Assembly (NCBI GenBank): GCA_963735805.1
Contig: CAVTMK010000002.1
Span: 15,012 to 79,011, forward strand
DNA length: 64,000 bases
Direction: 5' to 3'
DNA from: an uncultured Verrucomicrobiae bacterium
GTDB taxonomy: Bacteria; Verrucomicrobiota; Verrucomicrobiia; Chthoniobacterales; UBA10450
Made by a program: the position numbers and the translations under genes. Below, one piece after another: positions 37,162 through 46,487 of the stretch. The notes beneath the pieces are model-generated. The model was not told the DNA's origin and did not search any database. It saw nothing but the letters and a program-made list of their open reading frames with translations. Every line of letters begins with the position of its first letter. The first letter of the stretch is position 1.

Positions 37162-38226
37162 ATGGAAAAGATGAAAGCCAACGTTTTCCACGGACCAAAC
37201 AATATCCGCATCGAAGAAGTGCCGCGCCCGCATGCTGGCGCTGGCGAAGCGGTCATTCGGATTACGCTCACGACCATTTGCGGGACCGACCTTCATATTC
37301 TACGGGGCGAATATGCCGTGAAACCCGGACTCGTAATTGGACACGAACCGGTCGGCGTGATCGAAGAACTCGGCGAAGGATTGTCCGGATACAAAATCGG
37401 CGATCGCGTGCTCGTCGGCGCCATCACACCTTGCGGTCAATGCCGCGCCTGTTTGTCTGCACAATGGGCTCAATGCGGGCACGGTGAAGGTGTCGAAGCA
37501 ATCGGCGGCTGGCGTTTCGGCAACACCATCAATGGCGCGCAAGCTGAATATCTTTTGATTCCGAACGCGCAGGCAAATCTCGCGAAAATTCCAGACAAAT
37601 TGAGTGACGAACAGGTCGTGCTGCTTGCCGATATCGCTTCCACCGGATTCAGCGGGGCCGAATCGGCCGACATTCATATTGGAGATACGGCGGCCGTTTT
37701 TGCACAGGGACCAATCGGTCTGTGCGCGACGGCAGGCGCAAAATTGATGGGTGCTTCATTCATCGTCACTGTGGAAAGCGATCCCGTCCGGATGAAAATG
37801 TCGCAGCGGATGGGCGCCGACGTCGTGCTTGATCCAAAACAGTGTGACGTCGTTGCGGAGATCAGGAAGCTGACCGGAGGCGGGGCGGATGTGGCGATTG
37901 AAGCGCTGGGGCTTCAGGAGACATTTGAAAATAGTCTTCGTTGTCTGCGTGCAGGCGGGACGTTGAGCAGCCTCGGCGTTTACTCGGGAAAACTCCAAGT
38001 GCCTTACGATGCCTTCGCTGCCGGCATTGGCGACTACAAGATCGTGACCACACTTTGCCCCGGTGGAAAAGAACGAATGCGGCGCTTGATGTCGATGGTG
38101 CAATCGAAGCGCTTTGATCCGACGCCACTGCTGACGCACAGTTTCAAGCTCGATCAAATCGTCGAGGCGTACGAACTTTTTGGTTCGCGCCGCGAAGGTT
38201 GCCTCAAGGTCGCGATCCGGCCATAA
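37162..38226 (+). CDS. Zinc-dependent NAD(P) alcohol dehydrogenase (MDR family)
   Basis: CGTDLHILRGE, GHEPVGVIEELG, CGQCRACLS and the Rossmann motif VFAQGPIGL. Confidence 0.9.
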   Translation: MEKMKANVFHGPNNIRIEEVPRPHAGAGEAVIRITLTTICGTDLHILRGEYAVKPGLVIGHEPVGVIEELGEGLSGYKIGDRVLVGAITPCGQCRACLSAQWAQCGHGEGVEAIGGWRFGNTINGAQAEYLLIPNAQANLAKIPDKLSDEQVVLLADIASTGFSGAESADIHIGDTAAVFAQGPIGLCATAGAKLMGASFIVTVESDPVRMKMSQRMGADVVLDPKQCDVVAEIRKLTGGGADVAIEALGLQETFENSLRCLRAGGTLSSLGVYSGKLQVPYDAFAAGIGDYKIVTTLCPGGKERMRRLMSMVQSKRFDPTPLLTHSFKLDQIVEAYELFGSRREGCLKVAIRP

Positions 38227-38261
38227 GGATGTTCGGCTCGAATGCCGAATCCAGCGACACG

Positions 38262-39197
38262 ATGAAACGCATCCTGACTTTGACCATCAATCCTGCGATT
38301 GATGCGAGCTGTTCGGTCGAAACCGTGTTTCCTGATCATAAATTGCGTTCGGGTCCGGTTTGTCACGAACCGGGCGGAGGCGGCGTGAATGTCTCGCGGG
38401 CGATTCGCAATCTAGGCGGCGAATCGACGGTTCTTTATCTCGCCGGTGGACCTAGCGGCCAAATGCTCGGGTTGTTGCTGGACCGCGAAGGATTGATACA
38501 CGAGGCCATATCAGTCGAAGATTGGACGCGGGAAAACCTCACAGTGACGGAACGGACGAGAGGGGCGGAATATCGTTTCGTTACGCCGGGTCCGAATTTA
38601 CGCGCAGAGGAATGGCAAGCTTGTCTGGCAAGAATCGGCGGCCTCGATCCGATGCCTGACTTTGTTGTGGCAAGCGGCAGTCTGCCGCCAGGTGCGCCGG
38701 CTGATTTCTACGGGCGTCTGGCGAAGGTGGTTTCCGTGAAGCACAGTCGTTTTGTTCTAGATAGCTCTGGCGCAGCACTGGCAGAAGGTTTGCGAAGCGG
38801 CAGCGTTTATCTGACAAAGCCAAGTATGCGTGAGTTGCGCGGGGTGGTCGGACGCGAACTGATCCATGAAAAGGAGCAAGCAGAAGCAGCCATGGAGATC
38901 GTGAAAACCGAGCAGGCTCAAATCGTTGTCGTGTCGTTAGGCTTGGCGGGAGCGCTTCTGGTGACGGCGACAGGATGCGAACGCATTCCCTCACCGGCGG
39001 TCCCGGTGAAAAGCAAAGTGGGCGCCGGGGACAGTATGGTAGCGGGTATTGTGCTAGGTCTAGCTCGGGACATGCCCGTCCGCGATGCCGTCTGTCTCGG
39101 AATCGCCTGCGGCACCGCCACCGTAATGATGCCTGGAACCCAGCTTTGTCGGCGCCAAGATGCTGATCGTCTTTTCAGGCAGATACTCGATGAGTAA
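38262..39197 (+). CDS. PfkB-family sugar-phosphate kinase (1-phosphofructokinase / 6-phosphofructokinase II type)
   Basis: ILTLTINPAIDAS, EPGGGGVNVSRA, VVASGSLPPG and the C-terminal GAGDSMVAGIVLG. Confidence 0.85.
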   Translation: MKRILTLTINPAIDASCSVETVFPDHKLRSGPVCHEPGGGGVNVSRAIRNLGGESTVLYLAGGPSGQMLGLLLDREGLIHEAISVEDWTRENLTVTERTRGAEYRFVTPGPNLRAEEWQACLARIGGLDPMPDFVVASGSLPPGAPADFYGRLAKVVSVKHSRFVLDSSGAALAEGLRSGSVYLTKPSMRELRGVVGRELIHEKEQAEAAMEIVKTEQAQIVVVSLGLAGALLVTATGCERIPSPAVPVKSKVGAGDSMVAGIVLGLARDMPVRDAVCLGIACGTATVMMPGTQLCRRQDADRLFRQILDE

Positions 39198-39415
39198 TGA
39201 ACCGAAGTTTGCGGCAAACTCTGCAAGCAAGTCTTGGAGCAGTTGTCCCAACCTCGTCTTTGAGAATTGCGCCATCGGTTAGCCAGCTTTCCCGCATGAC
39301 CAAGAAATGCGTGGAAATTCGCAATAACCGCGAAGGCAAAAGAACGTCGTTGGTCAAGCTAGACTCGACGTCAACAAACGGGACTAGTTTGGTTGCTGTT
39401 TAGAAAAGGATATTT

Positions 39416-41905
39416 ATGAAGAGCGGAGCCTCAGGGCGACAGTTGAAGGATTGGCCAAAATCCGACGCAGAAATGGAGCAGCTTGCCGGCAGCGTTACGC
39501 ACAGCACTCCAGGTGGTCGCTACATCAAATGGTTTCGCGAAATCGGGATCCAAGATGTGCCGCTGGTCGGCGGCAAGACGGCGTCGTTAGGCGAAATGTT
39601 TCGCGAACTCGCGCCGAAGGGAGTCAAAGTGCCGGATGGCTTTGCCATCACCGCTGTCGGTTACTGGCACATTCTCCACGAGACTCAACTCGATCAATTT
39701 ATCGAGACACAACTTCGCGGCTTGGAAATTAACGATGTAAAGCAGTTGCAAAAACGCGGCGTGGCCATTCGTGACGCGGTTCTTGCCGCGAAGCTGCCCA
39801 CCGATTTGCGTCGGGAGATTTTGGACGCCTACGATCAGTTATGCCGGGACTCCGACGGGCCCATTTCCGTTGCAGTCCGAAGCAGCGCGACAGCAGAAGA
39901 TTTACCCGAGGCCAGCTTCGCCGGCGCCCAGGAAACTTTCCTCAACGTGACCGGGCACGATCGCGTAATTGAGGCGTGCCGCCGCTGTTACGCCTCGCTT
40001 TTCACTGACCGTGCAATCTCATATCGGGCTGAGCGAGGGTTCGCCCATGACAAGGTCGGTTTGTCAATCGCCGTGCAGACGATGGTGCACTCGGACGTCG
40101 GTAGTTCGGGCGTTATTTTTACAATCGATACCGAGACTGGATTTCGCGACGCAATTTTGATCAACGCTTCATATGGACTTGGAGAAAATGTCGTAAAGGG
40201 CTTCGTGAATCCGGACGAGTTCTACGTGTTTAAAACAACGTTGAAGACCGACTTTCGTCCGATTCTGCAAAAGATTGCAGGCAGCAAAGAATTAAAACTT
40301 GTTTACGATACAGTTGCTGCCGGCGGCACGCGCAATATTCCAGTCCCGCCCCAGGATCGCCGCCGCTTCTCGATTTCGGACGACGAAATCCTTCAGCTCG
40401 CGCGGTGGGCCTGTATGATCGAAGAACACTACAGCGCAAAAAACGGTCGACCGACTCCAATGGACGTCGAGTTCGCCAAGGATGGCCGCACTGGTGAATT
40501 ATTCATTCTTCAGGCGCGGCCCGAAACGGTCGAATCCCGGAAGAACACGGCCGTAATGGAACATTACCGCCTCAAATCGCGTGGCTCAATTTTGATCCAA
40601 GGACGAAGTGTTGGAATGAAGATCGCGGCCGGGGTAGTGCGAGTGATAGCCGATCCAAAACATCTCGATGATTTTCAGGAAGGCGAGATTTTGGTCGCCG
40701 ACAAAACCGATCCGGATTGGGAACCGATCATGAAACAAGCGGCGGCGATTGTGACCAATCGTGGCGGCCGCACCTGTCATGCGGCAATCGTCAGTCGCGA
40801 ACTCGGAGTTCCGGCAATCGTTGGAACGGAACACGGCACAGAATTGTTGCGTAATGGACAAAGCGTCACCGTCTCATGCGCCGAGGGCGATATCGGTTTT
40901 GTTTACGAGGGCAAGTTGCCGTTCGAAGTGCAGCGCACGAATCTGAAAGACCTCTCGCGGCCGCGGACAAATGTGATGATGAACGTCGCGAACCCAGAGG
41001 AAGCATTCGCGCTGTCGTTTATTCCGAATGATGGCGTCGGCCTGGCGCGCGAGGAGTTCATCATCAGCAACTACATTAAAGTGCATCCGTTGGCGTTGCT
41101 CGATTACGCAAAAATCACCGATCCCGAAGTCAAAGCGAACATTGACCACTTGACGGTCGGTTACGACGACAAACCGCAGTTCTTCGTGGATAAACTTGCG
41201 CAAGGTGTGGCCATGATCGCTGCCGCATTCTATCCGAAGGATGTGATCGTGCGTTTGAGTGATTTCAAGACAAACGAATATGCAAATCTGATTGGTGGCC
41301 GCGCTTATGAGCCCATTGAAGAAAATCCGATGCTCGGTTTCCGCGGCGCGTCACGCTATTACAATGAAAGATATCAGGCAGGTTTCGCACTCGAATGCCG
41401 CGCCATGAAAAAAGTCCGCGATGAGATGGGCCTGACGAATTTGAAACTGATGATTCCTTTCTGCCGAACTGTCGATGAAGGCCGCAAGGTCATCGCAGAA
41501 ATGCAGAAGCACGGCCTCAAGCGCGGCGAGGCTGGCCTCGAGATTTATGTAATGTGTGAAATTCCCAGCAACGTCATTCTAGCCAACGAGTTCGCGGAGA
41601 TTTTTGATGGCTTCAGCATCGGTTCGAACGATCTGACTCAACTCATTCTTGGCGTGGATCGCGACAGCGAGATCGTGGCCGATATTTTCGACGAACGAAA
41701 CGCCGCTGTGAAAAAGATGATCTCTGACGTCATTGTAGTCGCACGCGCAAAACAACGAAAAATCGGCATCTGCGGCCAAGCGCCCAGCGATTATCCTGAG
41801 TTCGCTCAATTTTTAGTGGAGCAAAAAATCGACAGCATTTCGTTAAATCCCGACACTGTCCTCCAAACCACGCGAGCGATTCTCGAAACGGAAAAAGAGC
41901 GATAA
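39416..41905 (+). CDS. ppsA: Phosphoenolpyruvate synthase (pyruvate, water dikinase)
   Basis: VPLVGGKTASLGEM, SVAVRSSATAEDLPEASFAGAQETFLNV, the swivel-domain TNRGGRTCHAAIVSRELGVPAIVG and the PEP-utiliser C-terminus GFSIGSNDLTQL. Confidence 0.92.
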   Translation: MKSGASGRQLKDWPKSDAEMEQLAGSVTHSTPGGRYIKWFREIGIQDVPLVGGKTASLGEMFRELAPKGVKVPDGFAITAVGYWHILHETQLDQFIETQLRGLEINDVKQLQKRGVAIRDAVLAAKLPTDLRREILDAYDQLCRDSDGPISVAVRSSATAEDLPEASFAGAQETFLNVTGHDRVIEACRRCYASLFTDRAISYRAERGFAHDKVGLSIAVQTMVHSDVGSSGVIFTIDTETGFRDAILINASYGLGENVVKGFVNPDEFYVFKTTLKTDFRPILQKIAGSKELKLVYDTVAAGGTRNIPVPPQDRRRFSISDDEILQLARWACMIEEHYSAKNGRPTPMDVEFAKDGRTGELFILQARPETVESRKNTAVMEHYRLKSRGSILIQGRSVGMKIAAGVVRVIADPKHLDDFQEGEILVADKTDPDWEPIMKQAAAIVTNRGGRTCHAAIVSRELGVPAIVGTEHGTELLRNGQSVTVSCAEGDIGFVYEGKLPFEVQRTNLKDLSRPRTNVMMNVANPEEAFALSFIPNDGVGLAREEFIISNYIKVHPLALLDYAKITDPEVKANIDHLTVGYDDKPQFFVDKLAQGVAMIAAAFYPKDVIVRLSDFKTNEYANLIGGRAYEPIEENPMLGFRGASRYYNERYQAGFALECRAMKKVRDEMGLTNLKLMIPFCRTVDEGRKVIAEMQKHGLKRGEAGLEIYVMCEIPSNVILANEFAEIFDGFSIGSNDLTQLILGVDRDSEIVADIFDERNAAVKKMISDVIVVARAKQRKIGICGQAPSDYPEFAQFLVEQKIDSISLNPDTVLQTTRAILETEKER

Positions 41906-41909
41906 ATCT

Positions 41910-42836
41910 GTGAAAGAGAAAAACGAATCTCTGATCGTCTGTGGAACCGATTTTTCCGCGATGGCGACAGAAGCGGTTGACCTTGCAGCGGCGATGGCGA
42001 AACGCCTAGACACAAGACTTGTCCTTGTCCACGTCGACGAATCTTACGGAATGGCTTCAGTGGATTCCAAATTGTTCGACGCGGCTGTTGCGCACGGACG
42101 TCCTGAGCTCAATCAGATGGCGGATCGATTGAGGGAATTGGGAACTGACGTCGAAGTAAGGCTCCTTTGTGGGTCTGCGTTTGATAAATTGGTAACAGTC
42201 GCAAACAAATCCCGAGCACGGCTCATCGTCGTTGGCGCAGTAGGACATAGTCTCGTTAGGCGATTGCTTGTCGGAAGCGTAGCTGAACGCACGGCTGAAA
42301 CTTCGCCGATTCCCACCCTGGTGGTGCGTCCTGGTGGAAGGCTTCTCTCCTGGATTCAAGGTGAGCACGCTTTGAAAATTCTGGTCGGATACGATTTCTC
42401 TGCTGCCAGCGATGCCGCTTTAGATTGGCTGAATCAGCTCCGAAATATTGGCAAATGCCAAATCACCGTACTCTACAGTAATTGGCCTCCGGACGAAGCG
42501 CGTCGGCTGGGATATGAAGGACCGCTGCCCCTGGCGGATAATCCGAAGGCGATTCAAAAGAATCTTGAGCGTGATTTGAAGAAACGCGTTGCGACGTTTC
42601 TGCCGAAGCAACAAGTAAACGCCATCGTAGAGCCCGGCTGGGGAAATCCGGAAGGATACTTGTTCGAAATGGCTGGCGGCCAACATATGGATCTGATCGT
42701 CGTCGGAACTCATCAGCGACGTGGCTTGGGCGGCATTCTTCTGGGGTCGGTTTCGCGTGCTGTCTTACATCACGCAAAAATGTCAGTGGCGGTCGTCCCT
42801 CCGGTTGAAAACGCCATGCGAAAATCAAAGGAATGA
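41910..42836 (+). CDS. Universal stress protein, tandem USP domains (GTG start 4 nt after the ppsA stop)
   Basis: LIVCGTDFSAMATEA...LIVVGAVGHSLVRRLLVGSVAERTAETSPIPTLVV; ILVGYDFSAASD...LIVVGTHQRRGLGGILLGSVSRAVLHHAKMSVAVV. Confidence 0.85.
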   Translation: MKEKNESLIVCGTDFSAMATEAVDLAAAMAKRLDTRLVLVHVDESYGMASVDSKLFDAAVAHGRPELNQMADRLRELGTDVEVRLLCGSAFDKLVTVANKSRARLIVVGAVGHSLVRRLLVGSVAERTAETSPIPTLVVRPGGRLLSWIQGEHALKILVGYDFSAASDAALDWLNQLRNIGKCQITVLYSNWPPDEARRLGYEGPLPLADNPKAIQKNLERDLKKRVATFLPKQQVNAIVEPGWGNPEGYLFEMAGGQHMDLIVVGTHQRRGLGGILLGSVSRAVLHHAKMSVAVVPPVENAMRKSKE

Positions 42837-43378
42837 GAACCAGACCATCAGGGCAGCGTCGTCGCGCCCGAATGGACCTACAACGTATATTGGTGCCAGT
42901 CGATTTCTCGGAATCGTCCGCGGGCGCATTACGCCATGCCGTGGAACTCGCTGTGGAATCGGGCGGCTCGCTGATAATAGTTCACGTCGTTCCGTCTGAC
43001 TACGGATGGTTGGGGATCGGGCGTGACGAATCACGCGATTTAGATCGCTCATTGCAGCGGCAGGCGGCAAATCGATTGGAGGGCTTGGCAGATGAACATG
43101 TAGACCACAAGGTGGTTGCGGAACTGGAGGTTCGTATCGGCCAGCCGGCAACACAGATCGCTGCTGCAGCGACTGACTCAAAATGCAATCTGATTGTCAT
43201 GGCGACGCATGGACTTACCGGGCTCGACCGGTATCTCATCGGCAGCGTTGCCGATCGGGTCGCGCGACTAGCTCCTTGTCCGGTGCTTCTAATCCCGCCT
43301 GTGAGGCGCCCGATTGTTGGAGCACTTCCATCCCAAACTGTCCTTCGGTTTAAACACAAACCCAAGCGGGGTCGCTGA
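42833..43378 (+). CDS. Universal stress protein (single domain) with short basic tail
   Basis: [16 protein letters not shown]...LIVMATHGLTGLDRYLIGSVADRVARLAPCPVLLI. Tail: RFKHKPKRGR. ATGA overlap with the upstream USP. Confidence 0.87.
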   Translation: MRTRPSGQRRRARMDLQRILVPVDFSESSAGALRHAVELAVESGGSLIIVHVVPSDYGWLGIGRDESRDLDRSLQRQAANRLEGLADEHVDHKVVAELEVRIGQPATQIAAAATDSKCNLIVMATHGLTGLDRYLIGSVADRVARLAPCPVLLIPPVRRPIVGALPSQTVLRFKHKPKRGR

Positions 43379-43400
43379 GTCTGCGCAAGAATCTGCGGCC

Positions 43401-46124
43401 ATGCAACCCGTTGATGCTCCTTGCTGGCATCATACGAGCGTGGATGAGGTCGTCCGATGTTTTAGAACCAATCTTGCGAATGGCCTTTCGCTCAGTGAAG
43501 TCAGATCACGAGCAAAAGAATATGGACCAAACAAGCTGGCCGAACCGCGACCTCGGCGTTGGTTGTCAAAGCTGCTTAGCCAGTTCAATCAACTGGTTCT
43601 TTGGATTCTAATCGCCGCGACACTTCTGTCGGCAGTCCTGGGCGACTGGCTGGAAGCCGGGGCGATTCTGGCAATCGTTCTTTTAAACGCGCTGCTCGGA
43701 TTTTTTCAGGAACAAAAAGCCGAGAAGGCCCTTTCTTCGCTCAAAGAGCTTTCTTCTCCTGTTGCCAAGGTAATCCGGGACGGCTCACTGCGCATTCTTC
43801 CAGCGGAAACGCTCGTTCCGGGAGACGTCGTTGAAGTTGAGGCAGGCGACCACGTCCCGGCAGACGCACGGCTGGTTACAACATTCGCATTGAAGATGCA
43901 GGAAGCCGCTCTCACTGGTGAATCGACGCCCATTGAAAAGGACAGCGTTGCAGTGTTACCCCACGATGTTGGTATTGCTGAGCGCGCCAATGTGGTGTTC
44001 ACAGGAACCACGGTCGTCGCCGGTAAAGGTCGTGGCGTAGTCACAGCGATCGGAATGAATACCGAATTGGGTCGCATCGCCGGGTTCCTGATCACGGAAA
44101 AACGCGAACCGACACCGCTCCAGAAACGATTGGCGGAGCTGGGTCGCGTGCTTATTATCGCCTGTCTCAGTCTGGTGGCTGTCATTTTCGTTTTAGAGCT
44201 GCTCCGCGGCGAAAGTCTGGCGCAAACCTTTCTCATGGCGGTCAGCCTGGCGGTGGCGGCGGTGCCCGAAGGATTGCCGGCGGTGGTGGCCATTGCCCTT
44301 GCCCTGGGTTTGCAGCGCATGGTTAAGCGAAACGCTCTCATCCGCCGATTGGCCAGTGTCGAAACGCTCGGCTCGGTGACCGTGATCTGCTCTGACAAGA
44401 CAGGGACGCTAACACGCAACGAAATGATGGTTACGGAAATCGTAACCGGCACTGGACGGTACAAAGTTACTGGAACCGGTTATGGGCCGGATGGAGAATT
44501 CGTTGCGCTTGCGGTCGGACCAGACGGCGATAGCGGACCTGCAAACCCGCGAAATGACCCTGACCTCGCAATGGCGTTGACCATCGGCATCTGGTGCAAC
44601 AATGCGAGACTGGATCCGCCAAGCGATCATGATGAGCACTGGAGAATCTTCGGCGACCCAACTGAGGGCGCTCTCATCGTCGCGGCGAGAAAGGCCGGGG
44701 TCGAGCGTGGCCCCGATTGCTCCATCATTCACGAGATCCCGTTCGACTCAACTCGCAAATTGATGTCGATCGTGGTGAAAAACGCGCAGCGGCGAGCTGT
44801 CATTTATACCAAGGGTGCGCCCGAATTACTTCTGGAACGCTGCGCATTTGAACGCCGGGATGGAAAGATCGTGTCGTTGTCACCGGCGCGCCGCGAGAAA
44901 CTACTACGGCAAAGCAGCGACATGGCCAACCGTGCGCTGCGATTACTTGCGCTTGCCTATCGAGATCTCGACAACGATTCACCGGAATATCGAGAACAGG
45001 ATTTGGTTTTTGCGGGGCTGGTTGGAATGATTGATCCGCCGCGCGAAGAAGCGCGTACAGCGGTCGCGAAATGCCAGTCGGCAGGCGTACGTCCGGTAAT
45101 GATGACCGGCGATCATCCAGCAACTGCCCTTGCTGTTGCGCAAGCGTTGAACGTTGCAAGCGACGCTGAAGCTCGGATCACCGGTTTGGAACTTGATGCA
45201 CTCTCCGAGCAGGAGTTGCTAGCGAGGGTGGAACGTCTTGCCGTATACGCGCGTGTTTCGCCAGAGCACAAGCTAAGAGTCATACAAGCGCTCAAAGCGA
45301 ACGGCCAGGTTGTCGCGATGACGGGCGACGGCGTGAATGACGCGCCTGCAGTCAAGATGGCCGACATCGGAATCGCGATGGGGATTACTGGTACGGACGT
45401 GACGAAGGAGGTGTCGGACATGGTTCTGACAGACGACAACTTTGCTTCCATCGTCAACGCAGTTGAAGAAGGGCGAGGCATCTACAACAACATCCAGGAG
45501 TTCGTCCATTATCTCCTTTCCTGTAACATTAGCGAAGTCGCGCTGGTCCTCTTTGCGGCTCTTGTCGGATGGCCCGTTCCGCTGCTTCCAATCCAGATAC
45601 TTTGGATCAATCTTATCACCGATGGATTACCAGCGCTGGCGCTTGCCATGGAAAAACCGGAGCCGAACATAATGAAGCGCCGCCCGCGGCCACCAAGGGA
45701 GCCGTTCTTTACCCGCCGGCGTGGATCGCAAATTCTTATTCACGGCTTTGTTCTGTCGGCGGTAAACATTGGAGGGTTCGCCTATTCCTATATTAGAGCG
45801 GGGAGTTCGTATGCGCAGGCGACGGCCTTCTACATCACAACCTTCGCCCAGCTTTTCTTCTCCTTCGCTTGCCGCAGTCAGCGTTACACGCTTCCGCAAC
45901 TTGGCGTCTTTACGAATCCGTACCTTCTCGCAGCGATTGTCCTTTCTGGGATATTGCAGATTTCCTTGCTCTGGTTTCCGTTAACGCGAAACGTATTTTT
46001 CCAAACCGCGCCACAATTTGGCTCTGATTGGTTGATCATTCTTTTGCTGGCGCTCGCTCCGGTGTCATTGGTCGAGATCACGAAAATTGTCCGTCGTCGA
46101 TACGGGTGCAAAAGCGTGATCTGA
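43401..46124 (+). CDS. Type IIA Ca2+-type P-type ATPase (SERCA/CtpF-like)
   Basis: GLSLSEVRSRAKEYGPNKL, TGESTPIEK, PEGLPAVVAIALALG, CSDKTGTLTRNEM, MTGDHPATA, MTGDGVNDAPAVKMADIGIAMG and 10-TM topology. The ATG at 43401 was chosen; the track ORF from 43314 overlaps the USP gene. Confidence 0.9.
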   Translation: MQPVDAPCWHHTSVDEVVRCFRTNLANGLSLSEVRSRAKEYGPNKLAEPRPRRWLSKLLSQFNQLVLWILIAATLLSAVLGDWLEAGAILAIVLLNALLGFFQEQKAEKALSSLKELSSPVAKVIRDGSLRILPAETLVPGDVVEVEAGDHVPADARLVTTFALKMQEAALTGESTPIEKDSVAVLPHDVGIAERANVVFTGTTVVAGKGRGVVTAIGMNTELGRIAGFLITEKREPTPLQKRLAELGRVLIIACLSLVAVIFVLELLRGESLAQTFLMAVSLAVAAVPEGLPAVVAIALALGLQRMVKRNALIRRLASVETLGSVTVICSDKTGTLTRNEMMVTEIVTGTGRYKVTGTGYGPDGEFVALAVGPDGDSGPANPRNDPDLAMALTIGIWCNNARLDPPSDHDEHWRIFGDPTEGALIVAARKAGVERGPDCSIIHEIPFDSTRKLMSIVVKNAQRRAVIYTKGAPELLLERCAFERRDGKIVSLSPARREKLLRQSSDMANRALRLLALAYRDLDNDSPEYREQDLVFAGLVGMIDPPREEARTAVAKCQSAGVRPVMMTGDHPATALAVAQALNVASDAEARITGLELDALSEQELLARVERLAVYARVSPEHKLRVIQALKANGQVVAMTGDGVNDAPAVKMADIGIAMGITGTDVTKEVSDMVLTDDNFASIVNAVEEGRGIYNNIQEFVHYLLSCNISEVALVLFAALVGWPVPLLPIQILWINLITDGLPALALAMEKPEPNIMKRRPRPPREPFFTRRRGSQILIHGFVLSAVNIGGFAYSYIRAGSSYAQATAFYITTFAQLFFSFACRSQRYTLPQLGVFTNPYLLAAIVLSGILQISLLWFPLTRNVFFQTAPQFGSDWLIILLLALAPVSLVEITKIVRRRYGCKSVI

Positions 46125-46127
46125 ATC

Positions 46128-46487
46128 ATGAAAACAGCCGAAGCGCGAGCTGAGCCTTCTGCGGAAACAATGGGGTTGGAGCGTCGTCCGGTTCTCAAGA
46201 CAATGGTTGCGCCGAGGAAAATCAGTTGCGTTAGACGCGTGGTCAAAGAGCACAGGACGGATGAAACGGAGTTTTCGATTCTGATCAGCGATCACTGGCA
46301 GGGCAAGGGATTGGGCTCGGCGCGTCTGAGGTTGCTCGTGCAACTCCGACGCAGAGACCGCCTAGGGCGAATCATTGGCCATATTTCAGCTGAGAACATC
46401 ACAATGAAAACCGTGAGCCAAGAAGCCGGGTTTGATCTGCATTTCGATCGAAGCGATAGCGAATGGGGGGCTGAGATGAATTTGTGA
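46128..46487 (+). CDS. Short GNAT-like protein (119 aa), resembling only the C-terminal half of the GNAT domain of Pat-type protein acetyltransferases
   Basis: [58 protein letters not shown] contains the Q/RxxGxG/A acetyl-CoA motif. It starts 3 nt after the ATPase stop, and its stop overlaps the ldhA GTG (GTGA). Confidence 0.5.
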   Translation: MKTAEARAEPSAETMGLERRPVLKTMVAPRKISCVRRVVKEHRTDETEFSILISDHWQGKGLGSARLRLLVQLRRRDRLGRIIGHISAENITMKTVSQEAGFDLHFDRSDSEWGAEMNL

